Positions 20,435 to 30,992 of a DNA stretch of 64,000 nt are shown one piece after another. Numbering within the stretch: position 1 is the stretch's first letter; every line of letters begins with the position of its first letter. Position numbers and translations under genes: made by a program. The notes below the pieces were generated by a model. The model was not told the DNA's origin and did not search any database. It saw only the letters and a program-made list of their open reading frames with translations. This DNA comes from an uncultured SAR116 cluster alpha proteobacterium. Lineage in GTDB: Bacteria; Pseudomonadota; Alphaproteobacteria; Puniceispirillales; Marisalimonadaceae. The stretch covers positions 23,438 to 87,437 of the forward strand of contig CACMTN010000006.1 of assembly GCA_902616615.1 (NCBI GenBank). Direction: 5' to 3'.

Positions 20435-22045
20435 TTGAAATTTATTTTTAAAAAAATGGAGAAGTTATATTTTCCTCTGAAAATGAGGATTTTATTTATA
20501 ATTTTATTACCGGTTATATTGTACCCAATCATTTTAATTTATTTTAATAAGTATCAAGATATTCTAATTAAGTCAGAATTTGCAGCTATTGAAAGACAAG
20601 GTTTGACTCTGACTAAAGCGCTTGCGTTGGCAGAAAATCAGTATGGTTTAATCCAGAATAATCAAATATCAAGTCCAGCTCTACAAAGTCTTATCCCAAA
20701 GGTTGAATATGGTTCTAACATACGAGCAAGGCTTTTTAATATGTATGGAAATTTAATAGCAGATACAAAAGCAAGTATGAAGTATAGTCCATTTGTTAAA
20801 GTGAGCCCGTTACCAGCTGTTGACAATAGTTTTTTCATAAAAAATAGTTTAGCAAAATTTGTATCTTTATTTTCAAATTTAATATCAAAACCTCTAAATT
20901 TACCTCTGTATAGCGATAATACAATTTTCTCATTTGAGAACTTCCCAGAAGTTATTATGGCTTTAAAAGGGAGAACAAAAAAAATCTTGCGACAAGATAG
21001 TAAAGGTAAACTTTATTTGTCCGTAGCTATACCAATTAAAAACATTCGTATGGTTAGGGGAGCTGTTCTTCTTTCTGTTTCAGGAAAAAAAATTGAACAA
21101 GAATTAGTTGACCTTGAAACTGAACTTTTCAAAGCTTTTGGTCTTATATTGTTAGCAACTGTCGCTCTGGCTATTTATTTTGGAAGATCAATTACAAATC
21201 CAATAGTGAGATTGTCCAATGAAGCAGATAAAATTGCCGAGGACAAAACACTTAAAACTTTTAACTTAAAAAAATTCAGAAATAGGAAAGATGAAATAGG
21301 TAATTTAGCACAATCTTTTTTTAAAATGACTAATGAGTTACAAAAAAGAATAGATCATATTGCTGAGTTTGCAGCTGATGTGGCACACGAGTTAAAAAAT
21401 CCAATAACTTCCGTTAGATCAGCTTCTGAAACAATTTCAAAAGTTAGAAGTTTGAGTGAACAAAAAAAATTAATTAAAGTAATACAAAATGACGTTGAAA
21501 GAATAGATAGATTGATAAATGATATTTCTGCTGCTTCTAGATTAGATGCAGAATTATCAAGAATAGAAATTAAAGAAATCAATATTTCAAATCTTCTTGA
21601 AACTCTTGTTGACATACGATCATCTACAATAAATTCAAAAATTAATCTTTTAAAGCACGCAGAGGATATTCATATTTTAGGTGATGAAAATAAGATTGCT
21701 CAAGTTTTTGACAATTTGATACAAAATGCTGCTTCCTTTTCAAAGGGAAATAATTTTATTAATATTCGAATAGATAAAAATTTAGAAAATGTAATTATTA
21801 CAGTTGAAGATAACGGCCCAGGTTTTTCAAAAGGATCTCTAAAAAAGGTCTTTGACAGATTTTATACAGACAGACCTAAAAATGAAAAATTTGGTAATCA
21901 TTCAGGTTTGGGATTATCTATTTCTAAACAGATTGTTGAAGCTCATAATGGATCAATAGAGGCTTTAAATCGATTAAATCAAAAGAATAGATGTCTTGGG
22001 GGTAGTGTTAAAGTTACTTTTCCAGAAGAAAAAATTAAATTTTAA
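20435..22045 (+). CDS. chvG: Sensor histidine kinase ChvG
   Basis: Two TM segments, HAMP, FAADVAHELKNP, RFYTDRP..EKFGNHSGLGLSISKQI; follows chvI; exact start uncertain. Confidence 0.92.
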   Translation: MKFIFKKMEKLYFPLKMRILFIILLPVILYPIILIYFNKYQDILIKSEFAAIERQGLTLTKALALAENQYGLIQNNQISSPALQSLIPKVEYGSNIRARLFNMYGNLIADTKASMKYSPFVKVSPLPAVDNSFFIKNSLAKFVSLFSNLISKPLNLPLYSDNTIFSFENFPEVIMALKGRTKKILRQDSKGKLYLSVAIPIKNIRMVRGAVLLSVSGKKIEQELVDLETELFKAFGLILLATVALAIYFGRSITNPIVRLSNEADKIAEDKTLKTFNLKKFRNRKDEIGNLAQSFFKMTNELQKRIDHIAEFAADVAHELKNPITSVRSASETISKVRSLSEQKKLIKVIQNDVERIDRLINDISAASRLDAELSRIEIKEINISNLLETLVDIRSSTINSKINLLKHAEDIHILGDENKIAQVFDNLIQNAASFSKGNNFINIRIDKNLENVIITVEDNGPGFSKGSLKKVFDRFYTDRPKNEKFGNHSGLGLSISKQIVEAHNGSIEALNRLNQKNRCLGGSVKVTFPEEKIKF

Positions 22046-22115
22046 ATTCATTAATTCGAGCTTTAATTGAGTAATTTTAAATGCTATAGAATAACAAATT
22101 TAAAAAAGGATTATT

Positions 22116-23507
22116 ATGAAGGATTATTCAATCACAGATATAAAACTTGCTGAATGGGGAAGAAAAGAAATCTCAATCGCTGAGACTGAAATGCCAGGAT
22201 TAATGGCATGCAGAGAATTGTTTTCAAAGGATAAACCATTGAAAGGTACTAGAATTGCAGGCTGTTTGCATATGACGATTCAAACAGCAGTCCTCATAGA
22301 GACCTTAACTAGTCTTGGAGCTAGTGTTAAATGGGCTAGCTGTAATATTTTTTCAACTCAAGATCATGCAGCAGCAGCAATTGCAAAACAAGGTATCCCA
22401 GTTTTTGCAAAAAAAGGAGAGACTTTAAAAGAATATTGGAATTACGTAGATCAAATATTTACTTGGTCAGATGATACATTTGCGAATATGATCCTAGATG
22501 ATGGTGGTGATGCAACTTTGTACATCATACTAGGCGCTAAAGCAGAGAGTGGTGAACAAGTTTTACCTAACCCTGCTAATGAAGAAGAAGAGGCCCTTAA
22601 GTCACAAATTTTATCTAGACTTAAAAGTTCTCCTGGATGGTTCGCAAAAGTTAAAAATAGCATTAAAGGGGTTACTGAAGAAACAACTACAGGGGTTCTT
22701 AGATTATATCAAATGGCAGAAAAAGGTGATCTTCCTTTTCCAGCAATCAATGTGAATGATTCAGTTACAAAATCTAAATTTGATAATCTTTATGGATGCA
22801 GAGAATCTCTAGTAGATGGTATTAGAAGAGCCACTGACGTGATGTTATCTGGTAAAGTTGCTGTTGTTGCAGGTTATGGCGATGTAGGAAAAGGATCTGC
22901 TGCTTCACTTCGTCAAGGTGGTGCTAGAGTAATTGTAACCGAAATTGACCCGATATGTGCATTGCAAGCTGCAATGGAGGGATATGAAGTATGTTCTATG
23001 GAAGAAGCATGCTCAAGAGGTGACATATTTGTTACAGCAACTGGAAATAAAGATGTAATAACTTTAGACCACATGAGAGAAATGAAAGACAGAGCGATTG
23101 TATGCAACATCGGACACTTTGATTCAGAAATTCAAGTTGAATCACTTCAAAATATGAAATGGTCAGAGGTTAAACCACAAGTTGATGAAGTTGAGTTTCA
23201 AGATGGTAAACGTTTAATTGTTTTGGCAAAAGGAAGGTTAGTAAACCTAGGTTGTGCTACTGGCCATCCTAGTTTTGTGATGAGTGCTTCTTTTACAAAT
23301 CAAGTTCTTGCCCAGATAGAGTTATGGGAAAAGCCAGAAAATTATGACAATAAGGTATACACCTTACCAAGACATTTAGATGAAAAAGTTGCTAAATTAC
23401 ATCTTGATAAAGTTGGTGCCACTCTAAGTAAACTATCAAACGAACAAGCTGATTATATTGGGGTCCCAGTTCAAGGACCTTTCAAATCAGACAATTATAG
23501 ATACTAA
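22116..23507 (+). CDS. ahcY: Adenosylhomocysteinase
   Basis: [56 protein letters not shown]. Confidence 0.99.
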   Translation: MKDYSITDIKLAEWGRKEISIAETEMPGLMACRELFSKDKPLKGTRIAGCLHMTIQTAVLIETLTSLGASVKWASCNIFSTQDHAAAAIAKQGIPVFAKKGETLKEYWNYVDQIFTWSDDTFANMILDDGGDATLYIILGAKAESGEQVLPNPANEEEEALKSQILSRLKSSPGWFAKVKNSIKGVTEETTTGVLRLYQMAEKGDLPFPAINVNDSVTKSKFDNLYGCRESLVDGIRRATDVMLSGKVAVVAGYGDVGKGSAASLRQGGARVIVTEIDPICALQAAMEGYEVCSMEEACSRGDIFVTATGNKDVITLDHMREMKDRAIVCNIGHFDSEIQVESLQNMKWSEVKPQVDEVEFQDGKRLIVLAKGRLVNLGCATGHPSFVMSASFTNQVLAQIELWEKPENYDNKVYTLPRHLDEKVAKLHLDKVGATLSKLSNEQADYIGVPVQGPFKSDNYRY

Positions 23508-23527
23508 TAAATCATAGATACTAATAT

Positions 23528-24022
23528 ATGAAATTGTTATTAGAAATAACGATTAAATCTAAAATTGAAATGTACAACTTTGGTACAAAATTGGCAAAAT
23601 TATTTTCACTAAATGATCTGATCACATTTGAAGGCGATTTAGGTGTTGGAAAAACTTTTATGTGTAAATCAATAATAAACAATCTAACAACAATTAATGA
23701 AGTTGTAAGTCCTACATTTAATATTGTTCAAACATATCCATTACAAAAAGATGAAGAAATTTGGCATTGTGATTTTTATAGGATTAATAATTTTGAAGAA
23801 GTTGAAGAGATTGGAGTTTTTGAGGACTTTAAAAAAAAAATCATTCTTCTTGAATGGCCAAAATTTAAATTTGAATTAAGTGAATATCATCCTTTGAACA
23901 TTAATATTGAGATTATAAGCAATAATCAAAGTAATTTATCTGAATTTAGAAAAATCTCTTTATCGGGTTCAAAAAAATGGGATAATAAAATTAAAAATTT
24001 ACATAATTTTTTAGCTTTGTGA
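23528..24022 (+). CDS. tsaE: tRNA threonylcarbamoyladenosine biosynthesis ATPase TsaE
   Basis: GDLGVGKT, V.SPTFNIVQ.Y, H.DFYR, LEWP. Confidence 0.95.
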   Translation: MKLLLEITIKSKIEMYNFGTKLAKLFSLNDLITFEGDLGVGKTFMCKSIINNLTTINEVVSPTFNIVQTYPLQKDEEIWHCDFYRINNFEEVEEIGVFEDFKKKIILLEWPKFKFELSEYHPLNINIEIISNNQSNLSEFRKISLSGSKKWDNKIKNLHNFLAL

Positions 24023-24032
24023 GGTAAATAAT

Positions 24033-25442
24033 TTGAATTATGTCTTTTATGACTTAGAAACTACAGGAAGAAATTCTACCTGGGACCAAATAATTCAGGT
24101 GGCAGCTATACTTACGGACGATAAATTCAATGTGATTGACAAATTTGAAGAAAGATGTCGATTGAAAAAAGGTTTAGTACCTTATCCTGAGGCATTAATT
24201 GTAAATAAAACATCTGTTGAAATTTTAAAAAATGTAAATTTGTCACATTATGAGTTAACAAAAAAAATAGAAACAACATTTAAAAAATGGTCACCAGCGA
24301 TTTTTGTTGGATATAATTCAATAAACTTTGATGAAGAATTCATTAGAAAAACTTTTTTTAAAACTCTTTTTGAGCCTTATTTAACTCAATTTAATGGTAA
24401 CAAAAGAGCTGATGTCATTGGCATGACTAGAGCATCTAAATTTTATTACCCGGATTGTTTAAAAGTTGGAATTAATGATAAGGGGAATCAAATTTTTAAA
24501 TTAGATGTATTAACTGAACTTAATAATATTTTTCATAATGCTCATGATGCTTTGGGTGATGTAAATGCTACTATAGAAATTGCTAAAATTTTGCATAAAA
24601 GTTCTAATAAAGTATGGAATGCTGGGCTTAAAAATAGTAATAAAATAGATGTAGACAACTTTTTAATTCAAAATAATATTGTTTGTATGGATGAATATTA
24701 TTTTGGTAAATTTAATGTTCACGCTGTTACTTATGTTTGTAAGAATCAATTTAATTACCCTCAATGTTTTGACTTGATACATAATCCGCTTGATTATATC
24801 GATATGTCTACTAAAGATTTAAAAATTAAAATGAATCAAAAACCGAAATTAATTAAGGAAATTAAAAATAATAAAAATCCAATCTTATTAGATTCAAGCG
24901 TTATTGATCAAATGCCAGAATATCATTCAATTGGGATGGAAGTTTTAACTCACAGAGCAGAAATTATTAAACAAAGCTCTGATTTTAAAAATAAAATCCA
25001 AACAATTCTCTTTGAAGAGTACGAGACAAAACAAATGACTAAATCACAGATTGATATATTACCAGAAGAAAGTATTTATTCTGGTGGTTTCCCAGATAAT
25101 CAAGAAAAATCTAAAATGATTGATTTTCATAATGCTGATTGGGAAGAAAGATTTTATATTTCAAATCAGTTCAAAGATGAACGTTATAAATATTTTGCTC
25201 ATTTGTTAATTTATGAAGAGATGCCTCATATACTTCCAAAATCGGACTATGAAAATATCCATAAAATAATAGCTAATCAGATCTTAAGCACTGATAATGA
25301 AAAGTGGAATACAATCCCTAAGGCATACCATGAGCTAGATAATTTACGTGAAGAATATGAAAGAGAAAGTAATGATGAAAAGTTGTTATTTTTAGATGAT
25401 TGGGATTATTTTCTACAAGATCTTGAAAAACAGTTTCAATAA
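24033..25442 (+). CDS. sbcB: Exodeoxyribonuclease I (SbcB-like DEDDh 3'-5' ssDNA exonuclease)
   Basis: FYDLETTG, GYNSINFDEEF.R, AHDALGDV.AT, EESIYSGGF; 469 aa; GAGGT RBS before TTG. Confidence 0.85.
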   Translation: MNYVFYDLETTGRNSTWDQIIQVAAILTDDKFNVIDKFEERCRLKKGLVPYPEALIVNKTSVEILKNVNLSHYELTKKIETTFKKWSPAIFVGYNSINFDEEFIRKTFFKTLFEPYLTQFNGNKRADVIGMTRASKFYYPDCLKVGINDKGNQIFKLDVLTELNNIFHNAHDALGDVNATIEIAKILHKSSNKVWNAGLKNSNKIDVDNFLIQNNIVCMDEYYFGKFNVHAVTYVCKNQFNYPQCFDLIHNPLDYIDMSTKDLKIKMNQKPKLIKEIKNNKNPILLDSSVIDQMPEYHSIGMEVLTHRAEIIKQSSDFKNKIQTILFEEYETKQMTKSQIDILPEESIYSGGFPDNQEKSKMIDFHNADWEERFYISNQFKDERYKYFAHLLIYEEMPHILPKSDYENIHKIIANQILSTDNEKWNTIPKAYHELDNLREEYERESNDEKLLFLDDWDYFLQDLEKQFQ

Positions 25443-25473
25443 TTTTAAATTTTTTAACTAAGGAGAAATTAAA

Positions 25474-25794
25474 ATGGCGACAAATAAAACAAATGATGAA
25501 AACTTTAAAGCAGATGTATTAGAGTCTAAAGAGCCCGTATTAGTAGATTTTTGGGCAGAATGGTGTGGGCCTTGTAAAGCAATTTCACCTTCTTTAGAAG
25601 AGTTATCTGAAGAAATGAGTAACAAATTAAAAATTGTAAAAATTAATGTTGACGAAAATCCTTCAACGTCTCAGGCATATAGTATAAGAAGTATTCCTGC
25701 ATTAATGATCTTTAAGGATGGTGAAAAAATCTCTGAGAAGATGGGAGCTCTTCCAAAATCGGCTCTTGAATCATGGATTAAAGATACAATCTAA
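25474..25794 (+). CDS. trxA: Thioredoxin
   Basis: VDFWAEWCGPCK. Confidence 0.99.
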   Translation: MATNKTNDENFKADVLESKEPVLVDFWAEWCGPCKAISPSLEELSEEMSNKLKIVKINVDENPSTSQAYSIRSIPALMIFKDGEKISEKMGALPKSALESWIKDTI

Positions 25795-27026
25795 TCAATA
25801 ATAGTTTCATTAAATTTTAAGGCGTGGCCTGCTAAATATAAAGATCCAGTAATTAACAATGGTGTTTTTTTGTCTGCTTTTTCAAGAGCATCTTCTAAGC
25901 AGTTTGTAACATTTGTATTAAAGCCCAAGGTATCTAATTTATATTTTATGTCTAAAGCTGAGTGGGAATTTGTTACTCCAGGAATAGTAATAGCATAAAT
26001 TTGATTAATATGGTTTTTTATGATTTTGAAGAAATCCTTTACTTCTCTGTTATTTAACATACCAATAATTATGTTCCATTTACCCAATGAATTTTTAGTC
26101 AAATATTGATCAAGTACAATTGCACCATCTTGATTATGTGATCCATCAATTACGGTAATATTTTTTCTGAGATTAAAAATTTTTCCATCATTTAATTTTT
26201 GTATTCTTCCATACCAAGAAGTTCTTGCAAGTCCTTCACTTACTTTAGATAATGAAATCGATGGTATAAAAAATTTAGCAGCAGTAAATGCCGTTGATGC
26301 ATTTTCGTATTGAAAGTCACCAACCAACCCCAATTTTGAATTCTTTGAAATTCTATCTACCTTGATTGATATTAGATTTAATTTTTTTGCGAATTTAAGC
26401 AGTGTTTTCAGTGCTTCGTTTTTACTTTGTTTAGCAATTATGACAGGTACATTTTTTCTTAAAATACCTGCTTTCTCTTTTGCTATTTTTTCAATACTGT
26501 TACCTAAAAATTCTACATGATCAAAGCCTATTTTAGTTATAATGGTAAGCTTTTTATTCTCTATAATATTTGTTGCATCTAATCTTCCACCCAACCCAGT
26601 CTCAAAAATGTTAATATCAGCAGGAAATCGTTTGAAAGCAATAAATGCAGCTGCTGTAGTAATTTCAAAAAATGTTATTGGATTACGGTCATTTTTTAAC
26701 TCAACCTCATCTAATATGTTTATTAAAATTTTATCAGAAATTAATTTTTTGTTTATTCTAATTCGTTCATTAAAATTTATTAAATGAGGAGAAGTATATA
26801 TATTTACTGATAAATCATGAGCTTCTAAAATTTCTTTTAGAAATGCTGCAGTTGAACCTTTACCATTTGTCCCAGCTATATGAACTACATTGTTTAAAGT
26901 ATTTTGTGGATTATGAAATTTATCCATTAAAACTTTTAATCTTTTAAGATCGAAATCTATAAGCTTTGGATGTAAATCAAACATCCTTTTTAGAGTTGAT
27001 GATAATTTATTTTTAGTATTACTCAA
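25791..27026 (-). CDS. folC: Dihydrofolate synthase/folylpolyglutamate synthase
   Basis: HIAGTNGKGST, YTSPHL..FNERI, ETGLGGRLDATN, GSLYLAG. Confidence 0.97.
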   Translation of the reverse strand: MSNTKNKLSSTLKRMFDLHPKLIDFDLKRLKVLMDKFHNPQNTLNNVVHIAGTNGKGSTAAFLKEILEAHDLSVNIYTSPHLINFNERIRINKKLISDKILINILDEVELKNDRNPITFFEITTAAAFIAFKRFPADINIFETGLGGRLDATNIIENKKLTIITKIGFDHVEFLGNSIEKIAKEKAGILRKNVPVIIAKQSKNEALKTLLKFAKKLNLISIKVDRISKNSKLGLVGDFQYENASTAFTAAKFFIPSISLSKVSEGLARTSWYGRIQKLNDGKIFNLRKNITVIDGSHNQDGAIVLDQYLTKNSLGKWNIIIGMLNNREVKDFFKIIKNHINQIYAITIPGVTNSHSALDIKYKLDTLGFNTNVTNCLEDALEKADKKTPLLITGSLYLAGHALKFNETIID

Positions 27027-27048
27027 TTTAAATTAAAAAGTAGTAAAG

Positions 27049-27903
27049 CTAATTTAGATAAAAAGTTAGAGATTTTAAAAGCTTCGAGATTTTATTCTTT
27101 TGTTCTGATCTGGGAACAACAATATCTATCATACCATGAGATTTTAAATATTCAGCCGTTTGAAAATCTTCAGGTAATTTTTCTTTAACTGTTTCTTCTA
27201 TAACTCTTCTACCAGCAAATCCAATAATAGCTCCTGGTTCTGCAACATGAATATCACCAAGCATAGCAAAGCTTGCTGTAACACCTCCAGTAGTTGGATT
27301 TGCATGTAAAACTATGTATGGAAGCTTTGCTTTTTTAATTTTATTAATCGCTATTGTTGATCTTGGCATTTGCATTAAGGAAAATATGCCTTCTTGCATC
27401 CTTGCCCCTCCTGAAGACGGCACTACTATAAGAGAACATTTTCTTTTGATAGCTTCTTCAGAGGCTAAAATTAAGCCATCTCCTACATATCTACCCATTG
27501 AACCAGCCATAAATCCAAAATCAAAACATGCCAAGATTACAGGTGTTTTATTAATTAATCCAAAACTAACTAGCAAAGCATCATCTAGTTTTGTTTTGCT
27601 TTGAGCTTCTTTTATTCTATCGCTATATTTTTTTTTATCTTTAAAATTTAGTGGATCTAATTTTGGTTTTGGTATTGTAATATTTTCTACAGAGTCTTTA
27701 TCAAGAAGAAACTCAATTCTTTCTTTTGCTGATAAATGGTCATGATAACCACATGTTTTACAAACTTTATGATTTGCAGAAAATTCCTTATGAAATATCA
27801 TTTGAGAACAAGATTTGCATTTTACCCACAATACTTCCTCTGGTTCTTTTATTTTAACAAAAGCTTTAAACTTAGGTAAAACTGTCTCTTTAATCCAATT
27901 CAA
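27049..27903 (-). CDS. accD: Acetyl-CoA carboxylase carboxyltransferase beta subunit
   Basis: Zn finger WVKCKSC...VCKTC, GSMG, SGGARMQEG, PTTGGVTASFA. Confidence 0.98.
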   Translation of the reverse strand: MNWIKETVLPKFKAFVKIKEPEEVLWVKCKSCSQMIFHKEFSANHKVCKTCGYHDHLSAKERIEFLLDKDSVENITIPKPKLDPLNFKDKKKYSDRIKEAQSKTKLDDALLVSFGLINKTPVILACFDFGFMAGSMGRYVGDGLILASEEAIKRKCSLIVVPSSGGARMQEGIFSLMQMPRSTIAINKIKKAKLPYIVLHANPTTGGVTASFAMLGDIHVAEPGAIIGFAGRRVIEETVKEKLPEDFQTAEYLKSHGMIDIVVPRSEQKNKISKLLKSLTFYLN

Positions 27904-27949
27904 TTATCATTCCTTTTTTAACTTTCTTTAAATATTAAATAAATAAGGC

Positions 27950-28768
27950 TTAATTATGTTTTAAATTTCTTGATATTTCATTAGTAAAATCTAAACATCT
28001 AATGAAATCTTCATCGCTTGAAACACCATCACTGTCTAAAGTTTTTTTAATTAAATCAACTACTGCTGATCCAATAACAATTCCGTCAGAGACTTTTGAC
28101 ATCAAAGTTGCTTGTTTTGGTGATCGGATGCCAAATCCAATAACAATTGGTAAGTCTGTAACCTTTTTAATCATTTTGATATTATCTTGAACGTTTTTAA
28201 TGTTAGGGGCTTGGGTTCCAGTGATACCAGTTATTGATACATAATACACAAATCCCGTTGCATTTAACAAAATCTTTTTAAGTCTTTTCTCGTCTGTAGT
28301 TGGGGTAACTAATCTTATCATAGAGAGATTATTCTTTTCAGCTTCAAAATAGAACTCATCGTCTTCTTCAGGTGGTAAGTCTACAATGATAAGCGCATCT
28401 ACACCTAACTCTATACAATTTTTAATAAATTTTTCTTTCCCAAACTTATAAATTGGGTTGTAATATCCCATCAATATAATAGGCGTATGAATATTTTTTT
28501 CTCTAAAAATTTTAATTAGTGATAAACATTTGTTAAGGTCCATGCCAGATTTAAGGGCTCTTTGACTTGATAATTGTATAGATGGTCCATCTGCCATTGG
28601 GTCTGAAAAGGGCATCCCAATTTCTATAAAATCTGCACCATTATCAGGCAAATTAGTAATAAGTTTCAAGGAGCTTTTAAAATTAGGGTCGCCAGCTGTT
28701 ACAAAAATTCCTAAGGCTTTTTTATTTTCTTTATTTAATTTTTGAAATAATTTTTGGATTCGACTCAT
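27950..28768 (-). CDS. trpA: Tryptophan synthase alpha chain
   Basis: EIGMPFSDPMADGP.IQ, LMGYYNP, GFVYYVSITGITG. Confidence 0.99.
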   Translation of the reverse strand: MSRIQKLFQKLNKENKKALGIFVTAGDPNFKSSLKLITNLPDNGADFIEIGMPFSDPMADGPSIQLSSQRALKSGMDLNKCLSLIKIFREKNIHTPIILMGYYNPIYKFGKEKFIKNCIELGVDALIIVDLPPEEDDEFYFEAEKNNLSMIRLVTPTTDEKRLKKILLNATGFVYYVSITGITGTQAPNIKNVQDNIKMIKKVTDLPIVIGFGIRSPKQATLMSKVSDGIVIGSAVVDLIKKTLDSDGVSSDEDFIRCLDFTNEISRNLKHN

Positions 28769-28777
28769 TACTATATT

Positions 28778-29995
28778 CTAAATGTCATTTTTCATTACTA
28801 AAGGTAACACAGTAGATAAATCTTTGTCCCCTCTACCACACATATTCATAATTATAATTTGACCCTTCCTCTCAGAAGCAAGTTTTCCAGTAATATACAA
28901 GGCATGAGCAGGTTCTAGTGCTGGGATTATACCTTCTAAACTACTACATAACTTAAAAGCAGCTAAACTTTGTTCATCTGTAGTTGATAAATATTTTATT
29001 CTACCTATATCATGTAGCCACGAATGTTCAGGTCCAATGCCGGGATAATCTAAACCTGCAGATATCGAGTGAGCATCAGTTATTTGACCGTCATCATCTT
29101 GGAGTAAGTAAGTTCTATTTCCATGGAGTATTCCTGGAGAACCAGCTGTTAGCGAGGCGGCATGTAAATTGGAGTTTAGTCCTTTACCAGCTGCTTCAAC
29201 ACCAAATATTTCAACCTCCTGGTCGTCAAGAAAAGGATGAAACAAACCAAGTGCATTTGATCCTCCTCCAATACAGGCAACTAAAGCATTAGGAAGTTTA
29301 TTTTCTTTTTCTAAAATTTGCTTTTTTGCTTCTTCTCCAATAATAGATTGGAAATCTCGTACCATTTTAGGATATGGGTGTGGTCCGGCTGCTGTTCCAA
29401 TAATATAAAAATGAGTATTTGCATTAGTTACCCAGAATCTTAAGGCATCATTCATAGCATCTTTTAATGTTCCTGTACCTGATGTCACAGGATTAATTTT
29501 TGCACCTAATAATTGCATTCTTTGAACATTTGGTTTTTGACGCTCTATATCCTTTTTACCCATAAAGACTTCGCATTCAAAACCAAATAGAGCACATGCT
29601 GTTGCAGTAGCAACTCCATGTTGACCTGCGCCAGTTTCAGCAATGATTTTATTTTTACCCATTTTTTTTGCTAATAATATTTGACCGATGACATTATTTA
29701 TTTTGTGAGCTCCAGTATGATTAAGTTCGTCTCTTTTTAAATAAATTTTTGCCCCACCAAAATGCTCGGTTAACCTTTCAGCAAAATATAATGGACTAGG
29801 TCTCCCAATATAATCTCTCCTATACATATCTAATTCATCTAAAAATGTCTGGTCATTTATTGCTTTTTCATACGCACTTTCAACTTCTAAAATTAGCGGC
29901 ATTAGAGTTTCTGCAACAAATCTACCTCCATGAATACCGAATTTACCATATGAATCTGGACCAGTTTTTAAACTATTTAAATTTATTTTCGACAT
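28778..29995 (-). CDS. trpB: Tryptophan synthase beta chain
   Basis: [11 protein letters not shown] (PLP Lys), [24 protein letters not shown]. Confidence 0.99.
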   Translation of the reverse strand: MSKINLNSLKTGPDSYGKFGIHGGRFVAETLMPLILEVESAYEKAINDQTFLDELDMYRRDYIGRPSPLYFAERLTEHFGGAKIYLKRDELNHTGAHKINNVIGQILLAKKMGKNKIIAETGAGQHGVATATACALFGFECEVFMGKKDIERQKPNVQRMQLLGAKINPVTSGTGTLKDAMNDALRFWVTNANTHFYIIGTAAGPHPYPKMVRDFQSIIGEEAKKQILEKENKLPNALVACIGGGSNALGLFHPFLDDQEVEIFGVEAAGKGLNSNLHAASLTAGSPGILHGNRTYLLQDDDGQITDAHSISAGLDYPGIGPEHSWLHDIGRIKYLSTTDEQSLAAFKLCSSLEGIIPALEPAHALYITGKLASERKGQIIIMNMCGRGDKDLSTVLPLVMKNDI

Positions 29996-30005
29996 AATTA
30001 ATCCA

Positions 30006-30656
30006 TTACAAACTTTTACATTTTATTATAAAATCTTCTATTAATTTAGGATCTTTAACACCTTTTCTTATTTCAAGACCAGAAGATATATCTATTGCAG
30101 TAGCTTTGGTTATATCGACAGCTTCCTTTATATTATCTATGTTTAATCCTCCTGCAAGCATCCATTTCTTTTTCGATTTATAATCTTTAAGTAAGTCCCA
30201 ATTAAATACCTTACCATTACCACCTGGCAAATTTTCTGATGGCGCATCTAATAATAAGATATCACAAATATCTTCAAATTCTGTAGTTAATTTCGTTAGA
30301 CTGAACTTATTTTTAATATTTATTCCCTTTATTATTGGAATATTTAATTTTTTTTTAATATCAAAACATCTTTTTGGATTTTCACTTCCATGAAGTTGTA
30401 GATAGTCGGGATTTACATTTTTTTTTATTTCAAATAAAAAATCATCATTAGGGTTAACTGTTAATGCAACTATTTTAGATGCTCTATTCTTTGCTTTAAG
30501 TAATTCTTTAGAATAATTTAAGGAAATATTTCTTGGAGAATTTTCGTAAAAAACCAAACCGATATAATTAGCTTTACATCTAATTGCTGTTTGCATTGAA
30601 ATTTCATCATTTATTCCACAAACTTTAATTTCTAATAAATTATCCATCAATTGCAA
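30006..30656 (-). CDS. trpF: Phosphoribosylanthranilate isomerase
   Basis: KVCGI, QLHGSE, GG.GKVFNW, LAGGLN, DISSGLE; start may be ATG at 30647. Confidence 0.97.
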   Translation of the reverse strand: MQLMDNLLEIKVCGINDEISMQTAIRCKANYIGLVFYENSPRNISLNYSKELLKAKNRASKIVALTVNPNDDFLFEIKKNVNPDYLQLHGSENPKRCFDIKKKLNIPIIKGINIKNKFSLTKLTTEFEDICDILLLDAPSENLPGGNGKVFNWDLLKDYKSKKKWMLAGGLNIDNIKEAVDITKATAIDISSGLEIRKGVKDPKLIEDFIIKCKSL

Positions 30657-30699
30657 GTTATTTCATTTCAAAGCAGAATAAAAGGGATGTTGATTAAGC

Positions 30700-30978
30700 T
30701 TATTTATTTAAACGATCTTTCATGCCTTTACCCATTCTGAAGTAGGGAACATTTTTTGCGGGAACAGCAACTGCAGCACCATTTTTTGGATTTCTAGCAA
30801 TGCGCGCTTCTCTTTTTTTAACGTCAAAAACGCCAAAACCTCTTAACTCCACTCTTTCGTTTCTAGATAGTGCTTTTGTAATAGTTTCAAAGAAGACATT
30901 AACAATCTTATTCGCATCTTTTTGATAAATACTTGAGTTTAAATTTGCTATTTTAATAATTAAATCCGATTTGTTCAA
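30700..30978 (-). CDS. ihfB: Integration host factor subunit beta
   Basis: MNKSDLI, RVELRGFG.F, ARNPKNG; downstream of rpsA. Confidence 0.93.
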   Translation of the reverse strand: MNKSDLIIKIANLNSSIYQKDANKIVNVFFETITKALSRNERVELRGFGVFDVKKREARIARNPKNGAAVAVPAKNVPYFRMGKGMKDRLNK

Positions 30979-30992
30979 TGTAAAACCTTTCT

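Noticed and set aside
22046-22115. SAH/SAM riboswitch upstream of ahcY
   Set aside because: Only 70 bp of AT-rich sequence with no recognisable aptamer helices
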